Position numbers and translations under genes: made by a program. This document shows, piece after piece, positions 44,568 through 53,988 of a stretch of 62,141 nt of DNA (positions are counted from its first letter, which is position 1; each line of letters starts with the position of its first letter). Origin of the DNA: an uncultured Methanosarcinales archaeon. Lineage in GTDB: Archaea; Nanobdellota; Nanobdellia; Woesearchaeales; ARS49. Under the pieces are notes generated by a model. The model searched no databases. It worked only from the letters and a program-made list of their open reading frames with translations, and was not told where the DNA came from. The stretch is from the NCBI GenBank assembly GCA_964508495.1, contig CAZDUA010000031.1, positions 1-62,141 of the forward strand, written 5' to 3'.

Positions 44568-47015
44568 TTGAAAAAAGGGGAATTCTTAGTAATAGGCGGT
44601 GAAGACAACAGTATGACGAATGATTTAGAAGGCAGAATGGATGAAAATAAAGGTCCGCCTACTGGTAAGCCTCCAGTTATTTCTCATGAGAAAACAGAAT
44701 TTTCTCCTCAAATTACCACTCCCAAGCCTCCAGATACTACAAAGCACGCGTTTCCGCTTCTTGGTTCAAATTTTGGTGGCGTGCAGGTTATTGAGAACCT
44801 GAAAAAGGGCGGAATGGCGGATGTCTACAAAGGAATTGACACTAAAACCGGAATGCCTGTAATCTTCAAGGCATTAAAGCCTGAATTTTATGATCAAGCA
44901 GAGGCAAAAAAGCGTTTCCTGCAGGATGCTGAATCAACTTCCAGGTTAAAGCATTCTCATATTGTTGAAACGCTTCGTCATGGAGAGCACAACGGCATTC
45001 CTTTTATAGTTTACAAGGAAATTCCTGGCGTTAAGGATTTGAGCGAATTTTTGAAGCCTGGAAGCGACATCATAATTGGACTTGAAGATTCTGTGAACAT
45101 AGCGATTCAAACATCTGAAGCCTTAATGTACTCGCACAGTGAGGGAATTGTTCATCGTGATTTCAAGCCAGGCAACGTCTTATACAATCCAATTACGCGG
45201 ATTGCAATTTTGATTGATTATGGAATTGCAAAGAGCCAGGATGAGGCTATGACGCAGGCAAGGCAGCCAATGGGTACTTTGTCGTACATGGCTCCTGAGC
45301 AGGCGCAGGATTCTTCAACAGTTACCGGCGCAGCTGACTTATACTCTTGGGGTTGCGTGTTGTATGAACTGCTCTCACGTACAACTCCTAACGAAAAAAA
45401 GACAAACGATCCTAATCATCTTTTCACTAACAGAAAGCTCACAGAGGTGCCTTTTGAGCACTGGTTGAATGATGCCATAGATATTAGAAGAAATGAATTG
45501 TCTGAACAGCTTAAAGATGAGAAAGATCCGTTTAACAAGCAGAAAATCCAGTCTTTGCTGGACGTCTTAGTGCCTGTTAGCGATGACCTTGAAGATCTTG
45601 TTATGATGGTTATGAATGCCAAGAATCCCAAGGACAGGCCTCCTTTCTACATTATGGCGCAAAGACTGCATGATCTAACTTCAAGTAATGGCCTGCTTCG
45701 CTCAATGAATACTGATGAGGACAAACGAATTAATGCAGAGAAGCAGAAAAAGTTCGAGGAAGTGGTTAAGAAAAACAAGGAGGATTTGGCGAAGATTTCA
45801 GATAAAGAGACAGAGAAAAAGAATGTCGCGACTTTATTCCTTGCGCGTTCTTTGGAAGCTCTTGCTGAAGCCACTCCGCGGTCTGATGATGCGCGTGCTG
45901 CTCATGCTCATGAAGCATTTGAATGTTATTCTAAAGTTCAAAGTGCATTGCAGTTGCACAAACGTGCAGGTGATGCCACGCTTGATGAGGTTGATGATTC
46001 TGCTGGTTGGATGAGCGCGTTTAATAATAATGAGCAGACAAGAAAACACCATCGTGAGACGAAAGTTCTTGAGAGAGAGCTTGTTGGCGTTGTTAAGGAT
46101 GCCGAAGAGGCTTTCAAGAAGAATGATATTGCTGGATTGAGCAAAACATATGGAGTTATTCCTCATAGCAGAGTGCCATTGGCTCTGAAACATCGTATTG
46201 ATGCTTTGACTCTCAGTATTGAGCAGGCTGTTCTTTCCGCATTAACTTCTGGTTTGACCGCTAGTGCTGAGGGCAATTTGAGTGTTGCCAAGGATAATTA
46301 TCGTGTTGCTTCTGTTTTCAGCGAGATGCTTCCTGAGGCTTCAAAGGATACTAAGGACAAGGTTGGAAAATTCCATCAGACTCTTCAGACTGGCGAGATT
46401 AGGCGTTTAATGAAGGATTATGAGGGTGCAAGGGGCAATGTCGATTATTTTGCGATGTATGTTTGTGCTGAAAGGATTGGCGAGTGCGCCAGGGATTTGC
46501 CTTTGGAAATATCTGGAACTTTCAAGAAGACTGCTGATGATTATATGAAAAAGCTTGAAGGCCACGATGATGACATTAGAATTTTGATAGGTTTGAAGAA
46601 GAGCGCTAAGGAGCTTCGTGAGAAGTATGATGCAGAGCTTGCCAGCTCAGAGAGGGACATTTCGTTGAATGGCCAGAGTCAAACAGGCCTTGCTCTTTTG
46701 ACAGAGGAAAGAGTTAATGATTATTTCACTAAAGTTAATGATAAAATTCAAAAGTTTGACAGTTCTGTTAAAAAGGAAAAGATTGGTCCTGAGTATGACA
46801 AGTTTAAGCAGACGCTGGCAGATTTTGTCGAGGACGTTAAGGCGGAACAGTATGCTTTGAAGCTTGGCACTGGTGATTTTGCTGCTCGTGCTGAAACTTT
46901 CTTCAATTTGATTTTGCATCACAACAGGCGCGAAAATGGTCCTAAGGAAAGGATGTATATTACTGGCTACAAGGCTTTGTTGACTGAGCGCGAGAAACAG
47001 ATTCCGTCTCAATAA
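44568..47015 (+). CDS. Ser/Thr protein kinase with long C-terminal helical (coiled-coil/TPR-like) region; start may be ATG 44613
   Basis: GGMADVY, HSHIV, HRDFKPGNV, DYGIAK, GTLSYMAPEQ, DLYSWGCVLYE, DRP. Confidence 0.9.
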   Translation: MKKGEFLVIGGEDNSMTNDLEGRMDENKGPPTGKPPVISHEKTEFSPQITTPKPPDTTKHAFPLLGSNFGGVQVIENLKKGGMADVYKGIDTKTGMPVIFKALKPEFYDQAEAKKRFLQDAESTSRLKHSHIVETLRHGEHNGIPFIVYKEIPGVKDLSEFLKPGSDIIIGLEDSVNIAIQTSEALMYSHSEGIVHRDFKPGNVLYNPITRIAILIDYGIAKSQDEAMTQARQPMGTLSYMAPEQAQDSSTVTGAADLYSWGCVLYELLSRTTPNEKKTNDPNHLFTNRKLTEVPFEHWLNDAIDIRRNELSEQLKDEKDPFNKQKIQSLLDVLVPVSDDLEDLVMMVMNAKNPKDRPPFYIMAQRLHDLTSSNGLLRSMNTDEDKRINAEKQKKFEEVVKKNKEDLAKISDKETEKKNVATLFLARSLEALAEATPRSDDARAAHAHEAFECYSKVQSALQLHKRAGDATLDEVDDSAGWMSAFNNNEQTRKHHRETKVLERELVGVVKDAEEAFKKNDIAGLSKTYGVIPHSRVPLALKHRIDALTLSIEQAVLSALTSGLTASAEGNLSVAKDNYRVASVFSEMLPEASKDTKDKVGKFHQTLQTGEIRRLMKDYEGARGNVDYFAMYVCAERIGECARDLPLEISGTFKKTADDYMKKLEGHDDDIRILIGLKKSAKELREKYDAELASSERDISLNGQSQTGLALLTEERVNDYFTKVNDKIQKFDSSVKKEKIGPEYDKFKQTLADFVEDVKAEQYALKLGTGDFAARAETFFNLILHHNRRENGPKERMYITGYKALLTEREKQIPSQ

Positions 47016-47821
47016 ACTAATCTGTGGAACGCTGTTGCTGTTACGTATGTTTCTATGAATGCTGCGATTAATACTAGCAATAATCCAAGCAGAAGCAGTT
47101 TGATGTCGTTCTTTAGAACGTTCTTGAACGCGTTTCCTGTTAGTTTTTCGTGAATTATTGCTCTTGATAGTGATGCTCCTGCCATTGCTGTTAGGATGTA
47201 GCCTGTGCTTTCTGGTATCATGTGTAATAATGCAATCAATGTCAGTTGTATTGCGCCCGCCCATCTATTGAAGAGTTCTATTATGAATGCTGCGAAGAAT
47301 GATGCGTTGTAAGTCAATAAGAATACTGCTCCTGCGCCGTAGAATACTGATAATACAAAGCCGATTAGCAAGTACCAGACGTTGTGCGAGAACACTGCCA
47401 TTACTGTCGTAATATCTGGCGTGTAAACTGTTGTTGTGAATTTGCTTATTATTTCCGGCTTTAGGTGTTCGTGTTCGAGCTGTGCCAGTTGATATCCTAA
47501 CGAATCAGGGTTTACTGCTCCTAATACTAGAAATCCTGCTAACACTCCTAGGAATGCGCCTATGAAGCACCTTATCGTTATTCTATGCCGTTTCCAGAAG
47601 TGTGAGACTCCTTTGCTTTCCATTTTTTCTTCGACTATGATTAAATGGTGTAGGCTTGGCACGAGTAATATTGTTAAAAGTAAAACCGTGGCTAAGCTTT
47701 GGTCTGGGAAGTATAGTTGTTGTACTGCGTATGCTACGAAGACGTAAATTGCGCTTAGTACGAATACGAATGGTACGTGTCGTACGACTATTTTTCTGTC
47801 GAGAAATTGTTCAAGCACCAT
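47009..47821 (-). CDS. Stage II sporulation protein M (SpoIIM/DUF95)-like membrane protein
   Basis: Multiple TMs; VFSHN, NASF, HMIPE, AAFIETYV motifs. Confidence 0.75.
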   Translation of the reverse strand: MVLEQFLDRKIVVRHVPFVFVLSAIYVFVAYAVQQLYFPDQSLATVLLLTILLVPSLHHLIIVEEKMESKGVSHFWKRHRITIRCFIGAFLGVLAGFLVLGAVNPDSLGYQLAQLEHEHLKPEIISKFTTTVYTPDITTVMAVFSHNVWYLLIGFVLSVFYGAGAVFLLTYNASFFAAFIIELFNRWAGAIQLTLIALLHMIPESTGYILTAMAGASLSRAIIHEKLTGNAFKNVLKNDIKLLLLGLLLVLIAAFIETYVTATAFHRLVY

Positions 47822-49699
47822 TTATGGGTTCTTGAAATAACCGTTCCAGTCTATTCCGGAACCGTCTTTTGGCGTTCTTTTGCTGTAAGCGTAAGCTCCT
47901 AGTGCTCCTAGTAATCCTAGTGCGAGTAGTAATGCTATCCATTTGATCGTGCTGCCTAAGTCGAAGATTCCTGTTGCTTTTGGCGTTAGTGCTGATCTTG
48001 GTTCTTCTGCGGGGAGTGGTTCGTATGGTGCAGGTGTTGGGGATGTTTGTTCTGACGAGCTTGGTTCTGTTTGTTGGTTGCTATTGCTCGTGTCTGTTTG
48101 TGGTGGCTCGTCTGGTTTTACGTATCCTGATTGTCCGTTCCAGTCTGAATCCCATCCGTTGCTGCTGGAACTGCTAGTGTCGTATGTTGAGCCTAAGCTT
48201 GTTACTGTTAGTGTTTTTGTTGCTGTGTAAACGTGTCCTGCTTCTAAGTATTCTACTGTGATTAGGTATGTTCCTGCGCTTGGTGCTGTGAATGTTGTGC
48301 TGTAATCATTGCCTGCTAGGCTTTCTGTGAAGTCTCCGCTTGGCGTCTTGACTTCTACTGTTGTTGATGTGACGTTTCCTTCTGGTGTTAGTGTTCCAGA
48401 TGCTGTTACACTGGCTCCAGGGTTTACTGAGCTTGATGATAGGTCTAGTGTTATTTGGTGGTTTGGTACTATTGTGATGGTTTGTGTCTTTATTGTTTCG
48501 TGTCCTGCTGCGTCTTTTGCTTTGATTTCTAGTGTCTTGCTTCCTAGTGTTGTTGAGCTGAGTGTTCCTTTGTAATCATCTCCTGTTTGTGTCAGCGTTA
48601 CTGTGCTTCCGTCGTATGTTGCTTCTACTGTTCCTACTGCTATCGTGTCTACTACTTTTGCTGTTATTTCTACTGATTGTGTTCTTGGTAGTGTTGTTGG
48701 TGCTGTTAGTGTGACTATTGGTGGTGCAGTGTCGAGTTGTATTGCTTGTGCGTGTGTCGCGCTTAGTCCTACTCCGTCTTGGCAGGTGACGCTCCACGTG
48801 TAGCTTCCTTCTGTGAAGTTGCTTAGGTCTTTTGTGATTGTTGTTTCTGTTGCGTTTGGCGCGCTTACGGTTGCTAATACTGTGCTGTCTAGTGCCACGT
48901 CACATGATAATGTTGTTGCTATGTTGTCTGATGCTGTGAACTTGAATGTGGTTGTTTCTGTTGCGTATGTTGTTGGCGAGATTATGCTTGCTGTTGGCGC
49001 TGTGCCGTCGAATAGCAGTTCTCCTGATGTGTTTGATGTTTCTCCCGGCGTATTTGTTGCTTTTACCGTGTAGCATGCTTTTTCTCCTTCGTCAAATCCT
49101 GTGAAATTTGCTACTCCGTTGTACGTGTCTCCGCTTTTGACTAGTATTGTTGTTATGTCTGGTCCGCCGGCGCAGTCGTTCCACGTGTACGTTACGCTTT
49201 CTACTGCTGTTTGTGCGTCTGTTGCGTTTACGCTTATTGCTTGCATTGGGTTGTTTGCTTTTGCGTAGGCTGATGGTTTTACGTTTGTTATTGTTGGAGG
49301 TGTTGCGTCATTTAGTATTGTAAGTGTGACTGTGCTTGATGTTCCGTCTAGTTTTATTGTTAGCGTGTGTGCTGTGTCGTTTGTTACTGTTGGAGCTTCT
49401 ACTTCGAACTCAAATACTGCGCTTTTGACGTTTGTTTCTATGCTTCCATCTTTCCATTCTGCTGAGTCTGCATCTTGTGTTTTTGTCCAGCCAGAATATA
49501 TTTTTGCATCTGTTATTGTTATTGTTGGAGAATTGACTGTTACTTCTTCTATCACTGAGCTTCCTTGGTAGTTGTTTACGTTGAGTTCTTCCCAGACTGT
49601 TGTTGTTTCGTAGATAGAATTCGGTGTTAGTGTTATGCTTGCTGCCTGTACTATAGTGGCAACCATTATGACTGCAAATAGTAATGCTGGCGTTCTCAC
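47822..49699 (-). CDS. Secreted Ig-like multi-domain surface protein with C-terminal TM anchor
   Basis: Signal peptide; DATPP/DGTAP/DTAPP Ig-domain starts; S/T/P-rich linker; C-terminal TM plus basic tail. Confidence 0.75.
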   Translation of the reverse strand: MRTPALLFAVIMVATIVQAASITLTPNSIYETTTVWEELNVNNYQGSSVIEEVTVNSPTITITDAKIYSGWTKTQDADSAEWKDGSIETNVKSAVFEFEVEAPTVTNDTAHTLTIKLDGTSSTVTLTILNDATPPTITNVKPSAYAKANNPMQAISVNATDAQTAVESVTYTWNDCAGGPDITTILVKSGDTYNGVANFTGFDEGEKACYTVKATNTPGETSNTSGELLFDGTAPTASIISPTTYATETTTFKFTASDNIATTLSCDVALDSTVLATVSAPNATETTITKDLSNFTEGSYTWSVTCQDGVGLSATHAQAIQLDTAPPIVTLTAPTTLPRTQSVEITAKVVDTIAVGTVEATYDGSTVTLTQTGDDYKGTLSSTTLGSKTLEIKAKDAAGHETIKTQTITIVPNHQITLDLSSSSVNPGASVTASGTLTPEGNVTSTTVEVKTPSGDFTESLAGNDYSTTFTAPSAGTYLITVEYLEAGHVYTATKTLTVTSLGSTYDTSSSSSNGWDSDWNGQSGYVKPDEPPQTDTSNSNQQTEPSSSEQTSPTPAPYEPLPAEEPRSALTPKATGIFDLGSTIKWIALLLALGLLGALGAYAYSKRTPKDGSGIDWNGYFKNP

Positions 49700-49847
49700 T
49701 CTTTTTCCCTCGATGCATGTTTATGAAAAGGAAGTATATAAAAGTTACTCTTTTGTATACTGGAATACTCTTTATCGGCTGTTTCACTCTGTTGTGACAA
49801 TGAATGTTTTTAATCCATTAAAGCATTGACTACACGGGGGTAATTAT

Positions 49848-50288
49848 ATGATTAAAGGGGGGATTATAGCCATTGTTTTCTTCTTATTAGGTTTCTCGCT
49901 GAACGTGCCTCTCCCTGTCGAGCAGCGTTCTGCCACGAGCGATGTTATCGTGGAGAGCACGCAGCGGATTCCATTTGACGCTTTCAAGGTTTATCCTGAT
50001 GAGGTTAAGATCGAGTATGCTGGCTTGAGTTATGCCAAGGTTACTTCTGATTCAATGGCTCCATTGCTCACTCATGATAGTGTTGTGTTTGAGAAAGCTC
50101 CTGATGAAATTCATGTTGGCGACATTATTTCTTTTTACGAGCCTTCTGTCGATACTATCGTCTTGCATTCTGTTATTGGTATTGTTGACGGCAAGTATCA
50201 GACTAAGGGTTATGCCAATCCTGAAGTTGACCCGTGGCTTGTCAGTCCTGAGAATGTTAAAGGAGTAATGGTTGGGACGTTTAGGTGA
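49848..50288 (+). CDS. Signal peptidase I-like (S26/Sec11-type) protein
   Basis: SDSMAP (Ser), VGDIISF, VLHSV (His), TKGxAN...DP. Confidence 0.7.
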   Translation: MIKGGIIAIVFFLLGFSLNVPLPVEQRSATSDVIVESTQRIPFDAFKVYPDEVKIEYAGLSYAKVTSDSMAPLLTHDSVVFEKAPDEIHVGDIISFYEPSVDTIVLHSVIGIVDGKYQTKGYANPEVDPWLVSPENVKGVMVGTFR

Positions 50289-50548
50289 AAAAGTACGTTC
50301 GCAAGTGGGCTAAGTTTGAGAGTGGGAAGCTTGGCGGTTGGCATAAGACGCTTTCTCAGTCTAATCGTCGCAATATTCTTGAAAAGCTTGTGAAGCGCGA
50401 TGGTTATGCTACTGTTATCAGGCGTCTTCTTCAGTTAAGAAACGTTACTAAAGACCAGGAGACTGTTCTGAAAGCTTCTGCTGACATGTTATACTTGCGC
50501 AAGAAGTTCAAGGTCAGGCCTGTTTCTCATAAGGGCAGGATGTGTTAG
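50285..50548 (+). CDS. Small basic hypothetical protein
   Basis: 87 aa, K/R-rich; GTGA overlap with the previous gene. Confidence 0.6.
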   Translation: MKKYVRKWAKFESGKLGGWHKTLSQSNRRNILEKLVKRDGYATVIRRLLQLRNVTKDQETVLKASADMLYLRKKFKVRPVSHKGRMC

Positions 50549-51180
50549 ACTATTTTTACCGTTACTTGATAGATTTTTCCTGTGTAGAATGCTTGTGAGT
50601 TTGTTTGGTATTGTCCTATGTCGCATGGTGATGGTGGTTGTCCGTTGACGTCTAGCATTGTGTCATAAACGCATACGTTGAATATGTAGTCTCCTACTGT
50701 TGCTGGCCTGTTTGGCGCCACGTTCAGGTCTGCTTTTATCAGGAATGGTATTACTTTTTGTTCATTTTTCTTAACATTGCCGATGTTTGTTGTTGCGAAT
50801 GCTCCGAGCCAGTGATCATTCATGTATTGTCTTTCATATTCTATCTGCGTGCCGTCTGGTTTGTAAGCGTCTGAGAAGCTTATTGCTATGCTGAATGGTT
50901 TTTCTTGCGCGATGTTTCTAACGCCTATTCCGAAGTTTGTTATTGTTCCTCTTTTTGCTTGCTGTACTGCGATTGGTATTGCGACTAGTTGGTTTCCTGT
51001 TTTTAGTGCGCCGATTATTTGTTCTTGTGTTTGCCTGTCTATTTCTGCTTTGAGTTGTTCTGCTGAAGCGAACCATTTGAAGACAAAGTATAATGACATT
51101 GAGAAGATAAGGACTGATATTATTATGATCACTATCATTCCTACACTCATTTCGAATGCGCGCTTGTTTGAGAACATCAT
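50545..51180 (-). CDS. Class III signal peptide (pilin-like) protein
   Basis: NKRA/FEMSVGMIVIIIISVLIFSM: basic leader, small residue, then hydrophobic helix. Confidence 0.7.
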   Translation of the reverse strand: MMFSNKRAFEMSVGMIVIIIISVLIFSMSLYFVFKWFASAEQLKAEIDRQTQEQIIGALKTGNQLVAIPIAVQQAKRGTITNFGIGVRNIAQEKPFSIAISFSDAYKPDGTQIEYERQYMNDHWLGAFATTNIGNVKKNEQKVIPFLIKADLNVAPNRPATVGDYIFNVCVYDTMLDVNGQPPSPCDIGQYQTNSQAFYTGKIYQVTVKIV

Positions 51181-52559
51181 CCTGGTTTTATTAGTGTGAC
51201 TTTTCCTAGTGATTTTTCGAACTTGCCTGTTTTGTCTTTGCCGTCTTGTACGTATTTGTACCAGACTGCCAGTGTTAAGGTGTGGTCTTCTTCTGGCTCG
51301 CTGATGCTTGGGAGTGTTATCGTTACTGCTGTCGGCTCTTCTTTTATTTCTTGGTTGACTTCTTGTTCTGCTATTTGTTGTCCTGATTCTAGCAATCGTA
51401 TTGTTTCTATTGTGACTGTTGTTACTGTTGGGTCTTTTTTGTAGACTTTGAAGTCTAGTTCAAATTTGTCTTTGCTGACGTCTAATGGGTTGTTGTACTT
51501 GTAGTTGTTGTGTAATTGCACTGGCCCCAGGCTTCTATCATCGAATAGCGCGTTTGGCTGTATGTTTGCTCCTGCTTTTAGTTGTGTTGAGCATTGGTTC
51601 ATCTTGCAGGTGTAGTCTAGGAAGTTTCCTGCGCTTCCTGAGCATATTCCGCAGTCTTGCGCGCATGTGCATTTGTTTTCCGCTCCATCGCACTTGTAGT
51701 TTCCGCAGGTTCCGGGTATTGATTCGTGTTTGCAGAAGAATCTTGTTTGTGGCCCGCAAGTGTCTCGTGTTCCTGCGTTTTTGTCATCACAGCTTGCAGG
51801 GCAGGGTTGTTCTGCGCTTGGTTTTACAAAAATGAATTTTTCTTTGTATCTGTTTTGCAGTGTTCCTTGTCTTACTGTTTTCTTTCCTGCCTGCACTACT
51901 GCGTATTCGTAGTTTATCTTTAGTGCTAGATTGCTAAGTTCGCCTTCAAGGTCGGTTGTTATGAAATCTAAGATTAGTTCTTCTGATACTGTGCTTCCCA
52001 CCGTCCACACATATTTGTCGGTGTCTTGTCTTGTGAGCGTGATTGTTCTTCCGTCTTTTGTTGTTCCAGTAATTTCAGCATTCAAAATATGGTGGTCTCT
52101 GTTTAGTGGTCCTTGTTGTGATAGTGTTAGTATTACGTTGAACGTGTCTTTTTTCAGATTGAATGGCTGGCTGTATAGTGTGTCAAACTTGAACTTGTCG
52201 CCTGATTGGCTTTGTTCTGCTGAGCTTGCTATTGGTTTTGCTTTTCCGCCTTCTATGTCTTCTATGCACGTGTTCTGTATGCATTGTTGCACTAAGTATT
52301 GGCTGTTTACGACTTTTCCAACACATGGCGGCTTGCAGTCCAATGGGCACGTGCACCTGTTTTCTCCTTGTTCGCATTGTTCATTTCCGCACTGGTCTGG
52401 TACTGGGGCGTATGAGCATTTTTTGTCTGTGCACGTTGGCGTGAACGCGTTTGCGGGTTTGCCTTTGCAGTCTTCTGCTTTTTTGCATTCTCCGCCGCAT
52501 GATGCTAGAAGTAACAGTAATGATATACAAACTATCAGTACTAATCTATGACACCTCAT
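51177..52559 (-). CDS. Secreted Cys-rich protein with an internal two-fold duplication
   Basis: LLLASC; CGNEQCEQGENRCTCPLDC vs CGNYKCDGAENKCTCAQDC; YSQPFNLKKDTF vs YNNPLDVSKDKF. Confidence 0.75.
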   Translation of the reverse strand: MRCHRLVLIVCISLLLLLASCGGECKKAEDCKGKPANAFTPTCTDKKCSYAPVPDQCGNEQCEQGENRCTCPLDCKPPCVGKVVNSQYLVQQCIQNTCIEDIEGGKAKPIASSAEQSQSGDKFKFDTLYSQPFNLKKDTFNVILTLSQQGPLNRDHHILNAEITGTTKDGRTITLTRQDTDKYVWTVGSTVSEELILDFITTDLEGELSNLALKINYEYAVVQAGKKTVRQGTLQNRYKEKFIFVKPSAEQPCPASCDDKNAGTRDTCGPQTRFFCKHESIPGTCGNYKCDGAENKCTCAQDCGICSGSAGNFLDYTCKMNQCSTQLKAGANIQPNALFDDRSLGPVQLHNNYKYNNPLDVSKDKFELDFKVYKKDPTVTTVTIETIRLLESGQQIAEQEVNQEIKEEPTAVTITLPSISEPEEDHTLTLAVWYKYVQDGKDKTGKFEKSLGKVTLIKPG

Positions 52560-52599
52560 TTTTAGAAGTATTCTGGTTGTTGGCTTTATAAATATTTTC

Positions 52600-52815
52600 T
52601 TATCTGATTTGTTCGAATTCTCTTACTATTATCCAGCCGAATGCTAGCATGATTAGTGCTCCTGCTAGGATGTACCAGAATCCGTCAGTATAATCTACTG
52701 CTATGCTTCTGTACAGTCCCCAGCCCATTAGAGCCGTGCCTACCCATAGGAATTTGTCGAGTACTAGCCTCATTATTTCGAATTCTTCGTGTCCTGCTAA
52801 GCGTCGTTTTGCCAT
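52600..52815 (-). CDS. Small 2-TM membrane protein
   Basis: 71 aa; DKFLWVG...; two hydrophobic helices. Confidence 0.65.
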   Translation of the reverse strand: MAKRRLAGHEEFEIMRLVLDKFLWVGTALMGWGLYRSIAVDYTDGFWYILAGALIMLAFGWIIVREFEQIR

Positions 52816-52820
52816 TTTTT

Positions 52821-53474
52821 TTACACCACGTTCAAAATGAATGTTTTGCTCGCGTAGATTGCGTTCTTTGCTTCGCCGAAGTCTGTTCCTGCGTCTGCGC
52901 AGGCTTTGTCTTCTGGGTGCTTGTATACGTTGATTTCCATTTGGTATGAGTCTGGTGCTATTCCTCTGACGAGCATTGCCGCATCATAGACGTCTCCTTG
53001 GTAGTCTTGCAAGTCAAACTGTCCGAGTATGCTTTTGAACCAATTTCTATTGCCTATTACTGGCTGCCAGCTGTTTTCAGAATCGTATCCGCCTATTGCT
53101 ATTGGTCCTGCTATATCTTTTGAGCATTGTGCTTCTGGCGTGAATGGCTTTATGCATTTGACTTCCACTAAGAAGCAAACCCTTCCTTTTCCTTCTTGGT
53201 TGGCTCCGGTATTTCTTACTCCTATCACTACTCCTTGTGGTTTTCCTACTGATACTTGTTCTGGTACTGTGAAGACTAGTAATTCTCCGCCTGTTCTTAC
53301 TTGTTCTTTTAGTTGTTCTTTGATGTTGGAGAGTTCTTTTTCGACTAATTGTGTGCCGGCTCCAAATTGTTTTTTGATGAATCCTATTCCAAGGCCGAGA
53401 ACTGTTATTGCGATGATGAGAACGACGATTGCCGTAATTGATAGCTCTAGAGCTGCCTTTTTGTTAAATCTCAT
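52821..53474 (-). CDS. Class III signal peptide (pilin-like) protein
   Basis: NKKA/ALELSITAIVVLIIAITVLGLGIGFI; GAGGTG RBS. Confidence 0.75.
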   Translation of the reverse strand: MRFNKKAALELSITAIVVLIIAITVLGLGIGFIKKQFGAGTQLVEKELSNIKEQLKEQVRTGGELLVFTVPEQVSVGKPQGVVIGVRNTGANQEGKGRVCFLVEVKCIKPFTPEAQCSKDIAGPIAIGGYDSENSWQPVIGNRNWFKSILGQFDLQDYQGDVYDAAMLVRGIAPDSYQMEINVYKHPEDKACADAGTDFGEAKNAIYASKTFILNVV

Positions 53475-53481
53475 TACTACG

Positions 53482-53545
53482 CACCTCTTTTTTGACTAGG
53501 GAAAAAAAGAGACCCGACGAACGTGTTCGGCGATGCCTCTTTTTT
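53482..53545 (-). promoter_or_regulatory. Structured 5' leader with alternative pairings, one of which overlaps the RBS of the pilin-like gene
   Basis: mRNA sense: AAAAAAGAGG (53545-53536) ... CUCUUUUUUU (53511-53502) ... AAAAAAGAGGUG (53493-53482, contains the SD). TATA-like TTTATAAA at 53572-53579. Confidence 0.5.
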
Positions 53546-53595
53546 ACTAAGAAGGTGATAACGATTATTTGTTTATAAAGGTTACTATTGGAGAA

Positions 53596-53934
53596 TTATC
53601 TAGCTTCTTCTAGCACTGGCGTGCTTTCGGAAGCTTTAACGTATTTTGTTTGTTTTTCATAGACTGCGATTCTGTGTGTGCCGTTGTCTCCTGTGCTGTC
53701 GTAGATTGCAACGAATTTTTCTGGGATTATGTATTTTTGTACATCTGCTGGTTTTGCGTCTATGAGTCCTGTTTCATAGTCTGACGAGTCAACGCACATC
53801 GAGCCGTCTGGTGTTAAGTAGAAGTGTGCTACTGCGATTTGATCAAGTAGTCTCGGCGATATATCTTTAGAAAATATTTTGGCTAGTTCGCCCAAATCCT
53901 CTTTTTTTAATTCTGGTCTGTCTAAAACTGGCAT
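53596..53934 (-). CDS. Hypothetical protein
   Basis: 112-aa ORF with TATA (TTTAAATA) upstream. Confidence 0.55.
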   Translation of the reverse strand: MPVLDRPELKKEDLGELAKIFSKDISPRLLDQIAVAHFYLTPDGSMCVDSSDYETGLIDAKPADVQKYIIPEKFVAIYDSTGDNGTHRIAVYEKQTKYVKASESTPVLEEAR

Positions 53935-53988
53935 ATTTCACTCACTTGTTCGTTATTGTTGTAATCTTATATTTAAATGTTTTCCCTT

